Below, in pieces: positions 12,231 through 24,654 of a stretch of 64,000 bases of DNA. Position 1 is the first letter of the stretch, and every line of letters starts with the position of its first letter. Location of the stretch: positions 23,560,001-23,624,000 of the forward strand of contig OX597837.1 in the NCBI GenBank assembly GCA_951406725.2. The letters run 5' to 3'. The DNA is from Octopus vulgaris. Its lineage: Eukaryota. The notes beneath the pieces were generated by a model, which saw only the letters and a program-made list of their open reading frames with translations, searched no databases and was not told where the DNA came from. The position numbers and the translations under genes are program-made.

Positions 12231-12391
12231 ACATCATCATCATCATCACCATCATCATCTTCAACATTTAACATTTAACAGTTTTCCATAGCATAGGTTG
12301 GATAGCTCGACAGGAACTGGCAAGGCCAGGGAATGCACTAGACTCCATTTTACTGTTTCACCTTGGTTTCTATTACTGGACACCCTTCCTA

Positions 12392-12772
12392 GTCGATCCC
12401 CTCCTCACCATAGTGTGGACGCTGGCGTCGGGTAGTGTCAGAGCTATGCCGTCGGGAACTTCGGTTCCTGGTAGGGCCGCCCAAGGCAGATTGGTCTGAC
12501 ACCGAGTGGTATTAAGGCCACAACCCGGCAGACGGGGCTCTGGTGAAAATCCTCAGAGTGTCTGTTTCGGCAACTGGTGGCTCCTCGGTCATTCTGTCCC
12601 TGCATCTGCAGACAATCTGCGGCAAATAGGATGTCTCTACATGTGGGACTGTTGGGGACCGCTTGTGAAATTCATATTCCCACGAAATTTCTTCCACTGC
12701 CATGGTTCAAGATGCCCCAAGGGTGGGTGAAGAAGCCGACTCAACCTGCCAAGGGTGAATGTCGCCACAAGT
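12392..12772 (+). mobile_element. GC/CpG-rich 381-bp insertion, probable non-autonomous RTE-derived element, inside a minus-strand family C SINE
   Basis: 12-bp TSD ACACCCTTCCTA at 12380-12391 and 12773-12784. The motif GAGCTATGCCG...GGTAGGGCCGCCCAAGGCAGATTGGTC resembles the RTE/BovB 5' UTR as I recall it. Confidence 0.75.
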
Positions 12773-12939
12773 ACACCCTTCCTAATGCCAATCGCTCTAC
12801 AGACGGTACTGTGTGCTTTTTATGTGGCACCATCACCAATGCTTTTTACGTGGCACCTTGGTTTTAGAAGCTTAATACAAACTTGCCAAATATAGAATAC
12901 ATATTTTCAGTAATTTTATTGAACTACATTAATATGAGT

Positions 12940-14310
12940 AACATTTTCAGCATAGTTTCCACTGTTAGTGATGCAAGGATTAATACACTTTGCAAGATTC
13001 AAATGAACCCGATTCAGCAAACTCCACATTTCTATTGTTTTGAGCACATTCATCCATGAAGTCTTCCTTCAGGTGATTCATACCTGTAATTTACACTGAT
13101 TACACCGTCTCCTTCAGTATACCTCAGAAAAAGAAATCAAGGAGACTAAAATCTGGTTGGTGAATGAAGAAGTCAGAAGTCTTGAGATGCCTGAATCAGA
13201 TGAGATGATTTTTTACCAATTTTTGGCAAAGTGCTGGTTATGGCATACCCGAGAGATTGTAGGGTGTTATGGCAACATTGTTTGACCTCCCTCTCGACTA
13301 TGATTCAGTTCCATTGATGAATAGCATTTTCATGGTTTCTACTATTAGAGTTGCAAAGTTTGATACATGCAAGGTTCACGTGAACCTGAATTCCACCAAT
13401 TTGAGCTCATTCATTCATGCTGTGTTCCTTCAGATAATTCACATCTATGATTTTCATTGAGTATTACCCTCTCCTTCAACGTACCCCAGAAAAATAGATC
13501 AAAGGTATTAAAATCTGGATGATGCATGAGGAGGTCAGAAGTGTTGAAATGCCCGAATCAGATGAGAGGATTTTTATCAGTTTTTGGCAAAGTGCTGGAT
13601 ATGGCAAACTCAAGAGATTCTATGGTGGTATTGAGACGTTGTTTGACCTCTTTCTCGACTACGCTCCAGCCCCATACATAATAGTCCAACTACATTGATG
13701 AATACCTTTTTTTCAACATGGTTTCTACCATCAGAGTTGAAAGTTTGATATGCCCTGCAAGATCCAAAGGAGCTCAATTCAGCAACTGCACATTTCCATC
13801 GCTTTGAGCACGTTCATTCATGAGGTGTTCCTTCAGGTGATTCATACCTGTAATTTTCACTGATTACACCATCTCCTTCAGTATACCCCAGAAAAAGAAG
13901 TCAAAGAGACTGAAATCTGGTTGGTGAATGAGGAAATCAGAAGTGTTGAGATGCCTGAATCAGATGATTTTTTTACCAATTTTTACCGTAGCGCTGGTTA
14001 AGGTGGACTTGAGAGATTGTATGGTGTTATGGGGACATTGACTGACCTCTGTCTTGACTGAGCTCCAAATGTAATAGTCCAGCTATATTAATAACATTTT
14101 CAACATGGTTTTCACCATAAAGTTCAAAGTGCTGTGCAAGAGTCAAATGAAACTGATGCAATAACTCCACATTTACATCAATTTGACTACATTTATTCAT
14201 GTGGCATTAATTCAGATGATTCATACCTGTGATTTTCATTGAGTACACCTTCTTCCACATACCCTAGAAAAAGAAGTCAAGCGGATTAAAATCTGGTTGA
14301 TGAATAAGGA
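12940..14310 (-). repeat. Tandem repeat (about 3.6 units of 360-400 bp) derived from Tc1/mariner transposase 3' regions
   Basis: An anchor resembling CCCAGAAAAAGAAGTC occurs near 13123, 13485, 13887 and 14262. The minus strand reads PDFSLFDFFFWG, PDFNTFDLFFWGTLKERV and LDYYVWG..VEKEVKQRLNTTIESL. Confidence 0.8.
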
Positions 14311-14483
14311 GCCCATTCCACAAGAATACCAGTGATATTCCCCATGTGACCAGACATTATGGTCACCCTGCATAATGTGATCCTAAATGTACTGCACCTG
14401 AAAAATGAAAAAAGAAGATGGGTTAATCACAGTTGAAATGTCTTTTCAGCATAGATTAGCATAGGTCAACAACAGCAACAAGT

Positions 14484-14670
14484 GGAGGCGCAATGGCCCA
14501 GTGGTTAGGGCAGCGGACTCGCGGTCATAAGAACGTGTTTTCGATTTCCAGACCGGACATTGTGAGTGTTTATTGAGCAAAAACACCTAAGCTCCACGAG
14601 GCTCTGGCGGGGGTGGTGGTGAACCCTGCTGTACTCTTTCACCACAACTTTCTCTCACTCTTTCTTCCTA
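14484..14670 (+). mobile_element. Family D tRNA-derived SINE 5' part
   Basis: GGAGGCGCAATGGCCCAGTGGTTAGGGCAGCGGACTCGCGG with A-box and B-box (TTCGATTTC). Confidence 0.85.
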
Positions 14671-14674
14671 CTTC

Positions 14675-14983
14675 TTCCACAAAGCAGAGGAACCATGGTG
14701 TAACCCACTATGGTATAGTAAACTTTCAGACCCTAGTCTAGATTGCGAATCCTCTGTAGCCCAGGATGGTTCGGCTCTCCACCCGTTAAAAGCCACCGTT
14801 TACGGAATGAGGATAACAACGTAGTTTTCGCACCTGTGCAACCGCTAGTCTATCGCATGTGGTGGGTGGATCTTCAAGTTGCCACACGGATTCTTAGTAG
14901 CTTAGAGTAGGCTCGAATTAGAGTTTATTCTTTGTGGCTAATGGCATGAGTCCTGACTGGAAGAAGAAGAAGAAGAAGAAGAA
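14675..14983 (+). mobile_element. Unclassified retroposon 3' fragment ending in (GAA)n
   Basis: CpG-containing non-simple DNA that ends in gactg(gaa)n and interrupts or replaces the SINE D tail. Confidence 0.4.
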
Positions 14984-15087
14984 TTTTAATAATATTAATA
15001 TTAATAATAATAATATTAATAATAATAATATTAATAATAATAATATTGATAATAATAATATTAATAATAATAATAATAATAATAATT

Positions 15088-15360
15088 TGGAATATGAAAA
15101 TTGTAAAGGTTGTGCCAATAATAATTGGTATGTTTGGAACTGCAAGCAAAGATATAGACAAATGATTGAAGGAGATTGGAATAGAATGCCCTGTAGAACT
15201 TCTACAAAATGCTTTGCCTCTTAAAGGACAGGAAAGATTTATCAGGAGAGTCTTAAACACTTGAAAGACTATTGAAAGATTGTGGATACCAAAGGTTACA
15301 GGTAGTAACCTGCTACCTACATAAATTCTACAAGGAATAAGAACAAAACTGAGTCAAATA
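15088..15360 (+). mobile_element. R4/Dong-clade LINE 3' end in (TAA)n
   Basis: Reads WNMKIVKVVPIIIGMFGT...IGIECPVELLQ...IRRVLNT* with frameshifts. A second copy lies at 31690-32053. Confidence 0.75.
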
Positions 15361-16210
15361 CCGAAGCTCGTTGTATCGCCCACATACACTTGGATGTACC
15401 CGCGACCGATGCCGGAAGGCTGTCACGAGATACATGCAGTTGATACAGCGATGTGGTCCGTCCTATAAATTCCCGAAAGATGACAACTGCGGCTAGTATA
15501 GGAGCACACATCCTGAAATTTTCAAGGAGGCAACTAGTTGATTTTATTGACCCAATAAATTTGTCGACCCCAAAAGTATAAAAGGTAAATCGACTGTGGT
15601 GGAATTTGAACTCAAAATGTAAAGACGCACATCATACTGCTAAGCATTTTGTCAACCATGCTAACACTTCAGCCAGATCACTGCCTTAACGACAATAGTA
15701 ATAATAACAGTAATGACAACAACAGTATCAAAGACAACAGCAACAATAACAACCACAGCAATTACAACAACCTCAAAAAACATCATCATGAACTACAAAA
15801 AAAACCACAACAACAACAAAAATACCAGCGACTACAAAAAACAGCCTATCATAGACCTTCCATAAAATACTCTGTATAAAGTACATAGCAATAGATTGTG
15901 CTGTTATCTTGGCCGCTATTCATAATTCCGATAAATCTAATGCTATATCAATGGCTAACCTATAACTATACAATATAGCTTAACATTATATCATCGTAAG
16001 CCAGCAATTATTCAGTTTCATATCAACAATATCACATAATGATGTATTTTTACATTCTATTATAAGCTTCCATCTCGATATTAATTGGTATGGTTATAAA
16101 CAATATGAAGTATTGCAAAGTATATGCATACATACATATGTACATACATGCATACATACATAAATACATACGTACATACATACCTACACACACACACATA
16201 TACGAATGCG

Positions 16211-16246
<36 letters not shown>

Positions 16247-16381
16247 TATATATATATATTCATATATATAGATATATATATACACACATATACATGTATA
16301 TGTAAATGTATGTAAGTTATTTATGTATATGTGTTTGTGTACATATCTAGTCATTACTCACTTTCTCTGTCTCTCCCTTTC

Positions 16382-16420
<39 letters not shown>

Positions 16421-16476
16421 GAACACACACACACATGTATATGTGTATATATATATATGCTTGTATATACATATGT

Positions 16477-16725
16477 GGAGGCACGTGGCTTAGTGGTTAG
16501 GGTGTCAGCATCATGATCGTAAGATCGTGGTTTCGATTCCTGGACCGGGTGACGCGTTGTGTTCTTGAGCAAAACACTTCATTTCATGTTGCTCCAGTCC
16601 ACTCAGCTGGCAAAAATAAGTAACGCTGTGATGGACTGGCGTCCCGTCCATCTCTGGGGAAGACCCACGCCATAGAATCCAGGAAACCGTGCCCATGAGC
16701 CTGGCTAGGCTTTAAAAGGGCACAT
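16477..16725 (+). mobile_element. Family E tRNA-derived SINE (CORE-like plus V-like blocks)
   Basis: Head GGAGGCACGTGGCTTAGTGGTTAGGG, B-box GGTTTCGATTCC, GTGTTCTTGAGCAAAACACTT and GATGGACTGGCGTCCCGTCCA. Another copy lies at 38338-38580. Confidence 0.85.
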
Positions 16726-16770
16726 TTATATTTTTATTATTTATATATACATATATATGTATGTATATAT

Positions 16771-17059
16771 ATCACGTGATCACGTGACCGACTAGACCAT
16801 CAGATGTTGCTACACACCGCTGGTCACAATGCGTTCGCATTGTTTTAGCCTTCGAATGATGCCACCCCACTGGCTAAGCGAGCAGGCCAACAGAAGAAAG
16901 AGTAGTGAAAGAGTACAGCAGGGATCACCACTACCGGAGCCTCATGGAGTTTTTAGGTGTTTTCGTTCAATAAACGCTCACAATGCCCGGTCTGGGAATC
17001 AAAACCGTGATCCTACGACCACAAATCTGCTGCCCTAATGACTGGGCCATTGCGCCTCC

Positions 17060-17060
<1 letters not shown>
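16771..17060 (-). mobile_element. Family D SINE with a distinct tail ending in (CACGTGAT)2
   Basis: The head reverse complement GGGCCATTGCGCCTCC is at 17044-17059, and the 3' end ATCACGTGATCACGTGACC is at 16771. Confidence 0.8.
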
Positions 17061-17106
<46 letters not shown>

Positions 17107-17377
17107 TTAGTGGTTAGGGTGTTGCACTCATGATCAACTGATCATGATTTCAATTTTAAGACCAGGTGATGCATTGTGTTCTTGAGCAAAGCCCTTCAAT
17201 CACTTCAACACCTGATGCATGATACACCGTTAACCTGTTCAGACAACGTAGATTTTATGGGGAGAGTGAGCAAATACATGGCATGAATATTTGATCACCA
17301 TATACAAATCATTTGTGCAGGCTGAATGCTCATACATCATCTTTGATGGGAGAGTCCATCATCATATATATACATGT

Positions 17378-17536
17378 AGGAGTGGTTGTGTGGTAAGTAG
17401 CTTGCTTACCAAGCACATGGTTCCAGATTCAGTCCCACTGTATAGCACCTTGGGCAAGTGTCTTCTACTATACCCTTGGGCTGAACAAAGATTGTGAGTG
17501 GATTTGGTAGGCGGAAACTGAAAGAAGCCCGTCGTG

Positions 17537-17568
<32 letters not shown>

Positions 17569-17785
17569 AATGTGTGTATATGTTTGTGTCTATGTTTGTC
17601 CCCTAACATTGCTTGACAACCGATGCTGGTGTGTTTACATCCCCATAACTTAGCAGTTCGGCAAAAGAGACTGATAGAATAAGTACTAGGTGTACAAAGA
17701 ATAAGTCCTAGGGTTGACTTGCGCAACTAAAGGTGGTGCTCCAGCATGGCCACAGTCAAATTACTGAAACAAGTAAAAGAGTAAG
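17378..17785 (+). mobile_element. Full-length family A SINE (tRNA head, CORE-like block, internal (TA)n(TG)n, (AGTAAAAG)n tail)
   Basis: ggagtggttgtgtggtaag...CCTTGGGCAAGTGTC...gaaacaagtaaaagagt. Confidence 0.88.
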
Positions 17786-18039
17786 TAAACTGAGTGCAAA
17801 ATGTAGAAACTTAGGGGTCATAATAGATTGCCAATTTGGCTTAAATTGTTATTATGTGATTTTTTAAAAAATATATAAAACACTAAATTTGTAATATTAG
17901 ATTTTTAATGTGTAAACTGGCTGGCAAGTAGTCTTCTCACTAAAATTTGAAAATAAATAGCTTCTTGGGTATTTTGATTTAAACTTTTATGTAAAAATAA
18001 AAAATATAAAGGGTAAATAATATTATTTTAGTTCTTAAA

Positions 18040-18660
18040 TTCTAACTTCAGCAGCAAAATTTTGAATCTTTTTTCTTCTTGTCCTATACTTTCCCAGACT
18101 TAATTACTGCTTGTCCTGTTCTTCTCCAGGTTTAATACTTTATAATATTCTAGCACTTTGCACCTGTATTTTTCATTCTAGCCTTCTTTTTCCCCTGGCA
18201 ATGTTTCTATTACTATAATTATGTTTACCTTTATATTTTTTCATTTTAGTAATACGTTAGTAAGACAACTGTTTTAGTTTAACATAAAGACATTTTAAAA
18301 TCAAATATATAAACTTAAACTTTATAACTTTGCAATAAAAAGCATAACAGTCCACACACTCTTTGACGAAAAATTTCAGAAATTTATTTAGTAAATTCAA
18401 ACTTCAGCAGCAAAATTTTAAATTTCTTCTTCTTGTCCTGTACTTTTCCAGGCTTAATTTTTACCTGTCTTCTTCTTCTCCAAGTTTAATACTTAAGAAT
18501 ATTCTACCACTTTGCACCTGCATTTTTCATTCTAGTCCACTTTTTTTCCAGACAACACTTCTGTTACTATAATCAATTATATTTACTGTTATATTTTTGT
18601 ATTTTAGTAATACTAAAAGTAAGACAAAAATGTTTTAGCTTCACATAATGAAATTTTTAA
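18040..18660. repeat. Diverged tandem duplication, period about 355 bp
   Basis: AACTTCAGCAGCAAAATTTT...CACTTTGCACCTG.ATTTTTCATTCTAG...GTAAGACAA starts at about 18044 and about 18400. Confidence 0.85.
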
Positions 18661-18823
18661 AGGTGTAGGAGTGGCTGTGTGGTAAGTAGCTTGCTTACGA
18701 ACCACATGGTTCTGGGTTCAGTCCCACAGTGTGGCACCTTAGGCAAGTGTCTTCTACTATAGCATTGGGCTGACCAAAGCCTTGTGAATGGATTTGGTAG
18801 ACGGAAAAAGAAAGAAGCCCATC

Positions 18824-18870
<47 letters not shown>

Positions 18871-19112
18871 TATATTTATATATATATGTATATGTGTGTG
18901 TGTGTGTTTGTCACCCCAACATCGCTTGACAACCAATGATGGTGTGATTACATCCCCGTAACTTAGCGGTTCAGCAAAAGAGACCAATAGAATAAGTACT
19001 AGGCTTACAAAGAATAAGTCCTGGAGGTCAATTTGCTCTACTAAAGGCGGTGCTCTAGCATGGCCACAGTCAAATGACTGAAACAAGTAAAAGAGCAAAA
19101 GAGTAAAAGAGT
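18661..19112 (+). mobile_element. Full-length family A SINE
   Basis: Same architecture as 17378-17785. Confidence 0.88.
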
Positions 19113-19605
19113 CTCTTCTTCTTGTTAAAATTAGTTCATACATAATCCTTTACTATCACTAAAGCATTTTACGAGGCACCAACTTAATTACCTTATTGCG
19201 GTAGGGGCGTGGTGTGATTTAAGTCGAATGTCAGAATAGATGTTATAAATCTTTGTCAAGCTTTTCTTTTTAGGTATTTATGACAATAACCTAGGTGTCT
19301 GATTGGTTGTTTGCCTTTTTCTCACTACTACTGTTAATATTAGCTTGACTGTTTGTTGGATTTTTTGGATGGAGTTGCTGCACTGATGCAGTTCAGGGGT
19401 CTGGAGATGTGGCACACATTTCTAATTATTTCTAATATATGTAATGCATATAACTGCACATTATAAATGTGTTGCTACAGTAACATGTATAGCTCAGAAT
19501 GAACTGCTTTTGTCCACTCTTTTATCTGTATATATGAGTATGTATACACACATACACTTACAGATAGATAGATAAATAGATAGATAGATTGAAAGATAGA
19601 TGATG

Positions 19606-19641
<36 letters not shown>

Positions 19642-19674
19642 CATAGACACATAGAAAGATATATAGATATATGG

Positions 19675-19719
<45 letters not shown>

Positions 19720-20493
19720 CAGACAGACAGACATCGAAATCACACATAAACAGCTCCTCCTCACACCGAAATATTTACCCGCTTTTTCCTTCCATTTATT
19801 TTTTCCACTTTATGGAAGTCAATATTTTCTATGTTGACATCCACTTCAGCAAGGTCACAGATCAAGTGGAAACACATCAATCACTGTTCCTTCTTGACAG
19901 GACAAAGAAATTTCCCACTGTTTTGGCAAGCAACAAGCAGGTGGATATGGTTTCAAAACCAGGCAGGGCCAAACGAGGTCCTACAAGTTATTTATAATAA
20001 TAAGTAGCATTATATCGGGGTTGAAAGAATGATGCATACAGTATCATATATGCTAACACAATCTGAAAACAAGAGAAAGTTTGAAATGTTTACCAGTTTT
20101 TATGAAATTTATGGGTTAACGGACTTGAGTCAATGGAAGCTAAATGTAACATAAGTTAATTAGTCCAATAATGATTTTTGAAGTTAACTTAAAAGTTAAA
20201 TCATTAACAAAAATGTTAACTTCGTTAATGAATGATTAATGGGTTTATGCCCAGCTCTGTATATATATATATATGTGTGTATATATATATACACACACAT
20301 ATTCTGTAAGAGACTGGCATCAGTTAGTAATCTATGAATCTTGAAGTCACATGGAACTGAATCAAACTGTTTTGAATATATACCTGATTATGTTACATAA
20401 TCAGGTCTGCTACACCTAACACTCTGCTGAACCTTTAGTGCAAAGCCAATTGTTCAGATTGACCATAATGAATATATAATACTTTACATTTCA

Positions 20494-20535
<42 letters not shown>

Positions 20536-20612
20536 GTTTTTATTTCTTTAAGAAATATTGTTTAATTCTATTTGATTATTTATTAAAAATATGTATTATT
20601 GTTATTATTGTT

Positions 20613-20714
20613 GACCTGAGGAGTGACTATACTTTTAAATTGAATTGCTTTTGGATTAAATTTAAATTTAATTGTAATTTGAATTGAAGTTATAGCCACA
20701 AAATGTACATAGTC
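20613..20714 (+). ncRNA. Decayed type-I hammerhead ribozyme motif in a Penelope-like remnant (about 20535-20975)
   Basis: GAC-CTGAGGA-GTGACTATA...TATAGCCAC-AAAA-TGTACA-TA-GTC. The GAAA to AAAA change is explicable by CpG decay. Confidence 0.6.
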
Positions 20715-20970
20715 TTTTTACTTATCATATAGTGTTTATGCATTTTTTGTACTTTTTATGATCTAGATATATGTTTATAATATATTTTATTTTTTCTATA
20801 TGATATGGTTTATGTCTATCATTGTTTGATTTGAATAATAGTGGTTTTTCTCTAATTTATATATATTATATATTTATATTGTGAAATTTGATTTAATACT
20901 AAATTGAATTTTTCCCTGTAAGTTTGGAGTTATACTCTCTGATATCATTATTATTATTATCATTATTATC

Positions 20971-21046
<76 letters not shown>

Positions 21047-21929
21047 TAATTACAATGAATATGTAGATTAATAAATCTGCATATTTTATTGATTTCCATT
21101 ACACTGGAACTGCCTTGGCTATACACTCAGGAAACTATTTATAAACTGGTAAAGTGGACCCAGGATTTTCCCTTTGGGTGAAATACGTTGTAATTGCTTA
21201 CCTTAAGTATTCCTAGCTGCTCCTTACAACTCGTGGCAGTTAGTTACAACCTGGATTATGACTGAATGATTGTGTGGTACTTGCTTGGATACTTTATCCC
21301 AATCTATTCACTATGTGTGTGTGTATGTGTGTGTGTGTATATATTTAGAGAGAGAGAGAGAGAGAGGTGGGAGGGAGGCATACATATGTAATCTCTAATG
21401 CAAAATGCTTTAATATACACTTATAACAAATTTGACCTCTTGTCATCACCATGACAACCAATTACCATCTTCACCACTCATCACACGATTAACACCGTCT
21501 TCGTCATCACCATCCTCCATCCTTGTCCATCATCAGTGCCATCAACACTCACCATCATTATTATCACCATCCTCCTTCTCCTCACCATCATTATCCCCAT
21601 CATCGTTGTCATCATCATCATCGTTGTAGTCGTCGTCATTGTCATCATCATCATCATTATTATCGTCATGCTTGTCATCATCAGCATCATCATCATTGTC
21701 GTCATCATCATCATCAAAAGCAGGAGCAAGAATATTAATAACTGCAAAAGTACCTTTTCAAACACATGATAAATTGCCTTGATTATACTAATTCTCTCTC
21801 TCTCTCTCTCTTTCTCTCTTTCCTCTCTCCATTTCCTCTCTCTCTCTCTCTTTCTCGTTTTTCCCTCTTTCTCCTTCTCCCCCTCTCTCTCCCTCTTATC
21901 TATTTATCTTTCTCTCCTACTGTAAAAAA

Positions 21930-23445
21930 TGCACTCACACATTTGCTTGTACATTCACACATCCAGTCACTCACTCACATACACACACATACACACATAC
22001 ACACACTCATGCACACATTCGACTGCACATTCTCACATATACACACACTCACTTGTATATTTGCATATACACACTCACACATTCATTCACACTCTCGTTC
22101 ATTCACCCACACATTCACATACCATTGGGTATTCACACACACTCACACACTTACTCACCCATCACTCACACACACTCACCCACACTCTCTCTCATTCACC
22201 CACACACACACATACACTCACCCGTTTACTCATACACTCATTCACAGATTCATCCATCACTCACAGACACACACACATTCACTCACAAACCTACACTCAC
22301 ACACCTACACTCACACACCTACACTCACACACCTACACTCACACACTCACTCACACTCACTCACCCATACATTCACTCACACACATATACAGACATGCAC
22401 TCACACAATCACATACTCACAAGCTCACTCACCCACTCACTCACCCACACATTCACTCATACACATACACACACACACACCTACACTCGCACACTCACAT
22501 GTTCACTCACACACTCGCTCTCTCACCCACACATTCACTCACACACATACACACATGCATACACTTACACACTCACTCACCCACACATTCACACACACAT
22601 ATACATACATACATACATACATACATACACTTATGCACTCACTCACACACATATAAACACACAATCACACACTCACACATACGCTCACACATACGCTCAC
22701 ACATACGCTCACACACTCACATGCTCACTCACAGACTCACTCACTCCACCCACACATGCACTCACACACACGCTCACACACTAACATGCTCACTCACAGA
22801 CTCACTCACTCCACCCACACATACACTCACACACACACTCACACACTCACATGCTCACTCACAGACTCACTCACTCCACCCACACATACACTCACACACT
22901 CACATGCTCACTCACAGACTCACTCCACCCACACATACACTCACACACATATACACACACACACTCACATGCTCACTCACAGACTCACTCACTCCACCCA
23001 CACATACACTCACACACACGCTCACACACTCACATGCTCACTCACAGACTCACTCACTCCACCCACACATACACTCACACACACTCACACACTCACTCAC
23101 TCACAGACTCACTCCACCCACACATACACTCACACACACGCTCACACACTCACATGCTCACTCACAGACTCACTCACTCCATCCACACATACACTCACAC
23201 ACGCGCTCACACACTCACATGCCCACTCACAGACTCACTCCACCCACACATACACTCACACACACGCTCACACACTAGCATGCTCACTCACAGACTCACT
23301 CACTCCACCCACACATACACTCACACACACGCTCACACACTAGCATGCTCACTCACAGACTCACTCCACCCACACATACACTCACGCACTTACGTACTCA
23401 CGCACTTACGTACTCATGCACTTACGTACTCACCCACGCATGCAT
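21930..23445. repeat. CA-rich tract grading into an approximately 55-65-bp minisatellite (about 22710-23385)
   Basis: Unit CACATGCTCACTCACAGACTCACTCACTCCACCCACACATACACTCACAC. Confidence 0.92.
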
Positions 23446-23925
23446 TCCACCTCCCACTCATGCATTCGTTCAGTTCTTCATATCTTCTTTCACTCATGCT
23501 CTATTCATTGATAGCTTCTTTTAAAGGCACAGGGCCAACTGAGTCACACTCAACGCTTAACAGCTACACTCATGACATCGACTAATGTGAGAATTTGTGA
23601 AATCAGAATTTCAAGAAATGGAACTAAAGCTACAGAGAGAAGATGAGAGAGAGGGGTGAAGTGAGAGAGAGAAAGGGAGAGAGAGTGGCGTGGGATGTGT
23701 GAGAGTGAGGGATAATAATAGACTGTGAAAGTGAGAAAGTGGGAGTGTGGGAGGAAGGGACACACTGAAGAGGATAGGGTGTGTGTAAGAGAGACAGAGA
23801 GGCAGAAAGAGAGAGACAAGTGGGAGGTTCATTACCGAATAAACATCCTTTGAACTATAACAATGTATGTATGTATGTATGTATGGAGAAGGGACATTAA
23901 ATGATGATGATGATGATGGTACATA

Positions 23926-23956
<31 letters not shown>

Positions 23957-24121
23957 ATATATATACATGTGTATGTATGTATATATATATGTATATATGT
24001 AATATATGTATATATATATATATGTATGTGTATGTATGTATATATATATAATGCACATATATATATGTATATAATATATATGTACATATATACATATATG
24101 TACTTATATATATATATGTGC

Positions 24122-24213
<92 letters not shown>

Positions 24214-24218
24214 CATAT

Positions 24219-24269
<51 letters not shown>

Positions 24270-24315
24270 CATATACATATAATATGTTTGTATACATACA
24301 TATATATATATATAC

Positions 24316-24390
<75 letters not shown>

Positions 24391-24654
24391 TGTTTAGTGT
24401 GTCATATATATATACATGTGTGTGTGTGTATTAATCAAAGTATCAAAGTATATAGTACATATATATATGTGTGCGTGTATACACATATGCACACACACGC
24501 ACACACATGTATAGACAGTTGCAAAACATTTGTGAGCATGGGAAGTGGGGGTAAGGTGCACATGTGCATATGTGTGCATGCATGGCTACAAGTGCATTCA
24601 TGGAAAACATTTATGCACACATATAAATATTTAACCTGTAACCTTTCGGGCCTA

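Noticed and set aside
14484-14560. tRNA gene candidates here and at 16477, 38338 and 52940
   Set aside because: A and B boxes are present, but there is no proper cloverleaf and each continues into a SINE body.
19760-20258. Possible exon or hAT remnant ending TATGCCCAGCTCTG
   Set aside because: There is only one TIR-like end and no recognisable protein motif.
21140-21200. Hairpin followed by GAAA resembling a hammerhead 3' half
   Set aside because: No recognisable CUGANGA core or stem I.
21766-23585. Long His/Thr-rich ORFs up to 449 aa
   Set aside because: These are translations of CA-rich simple repeats that lack stop codons in several frames.
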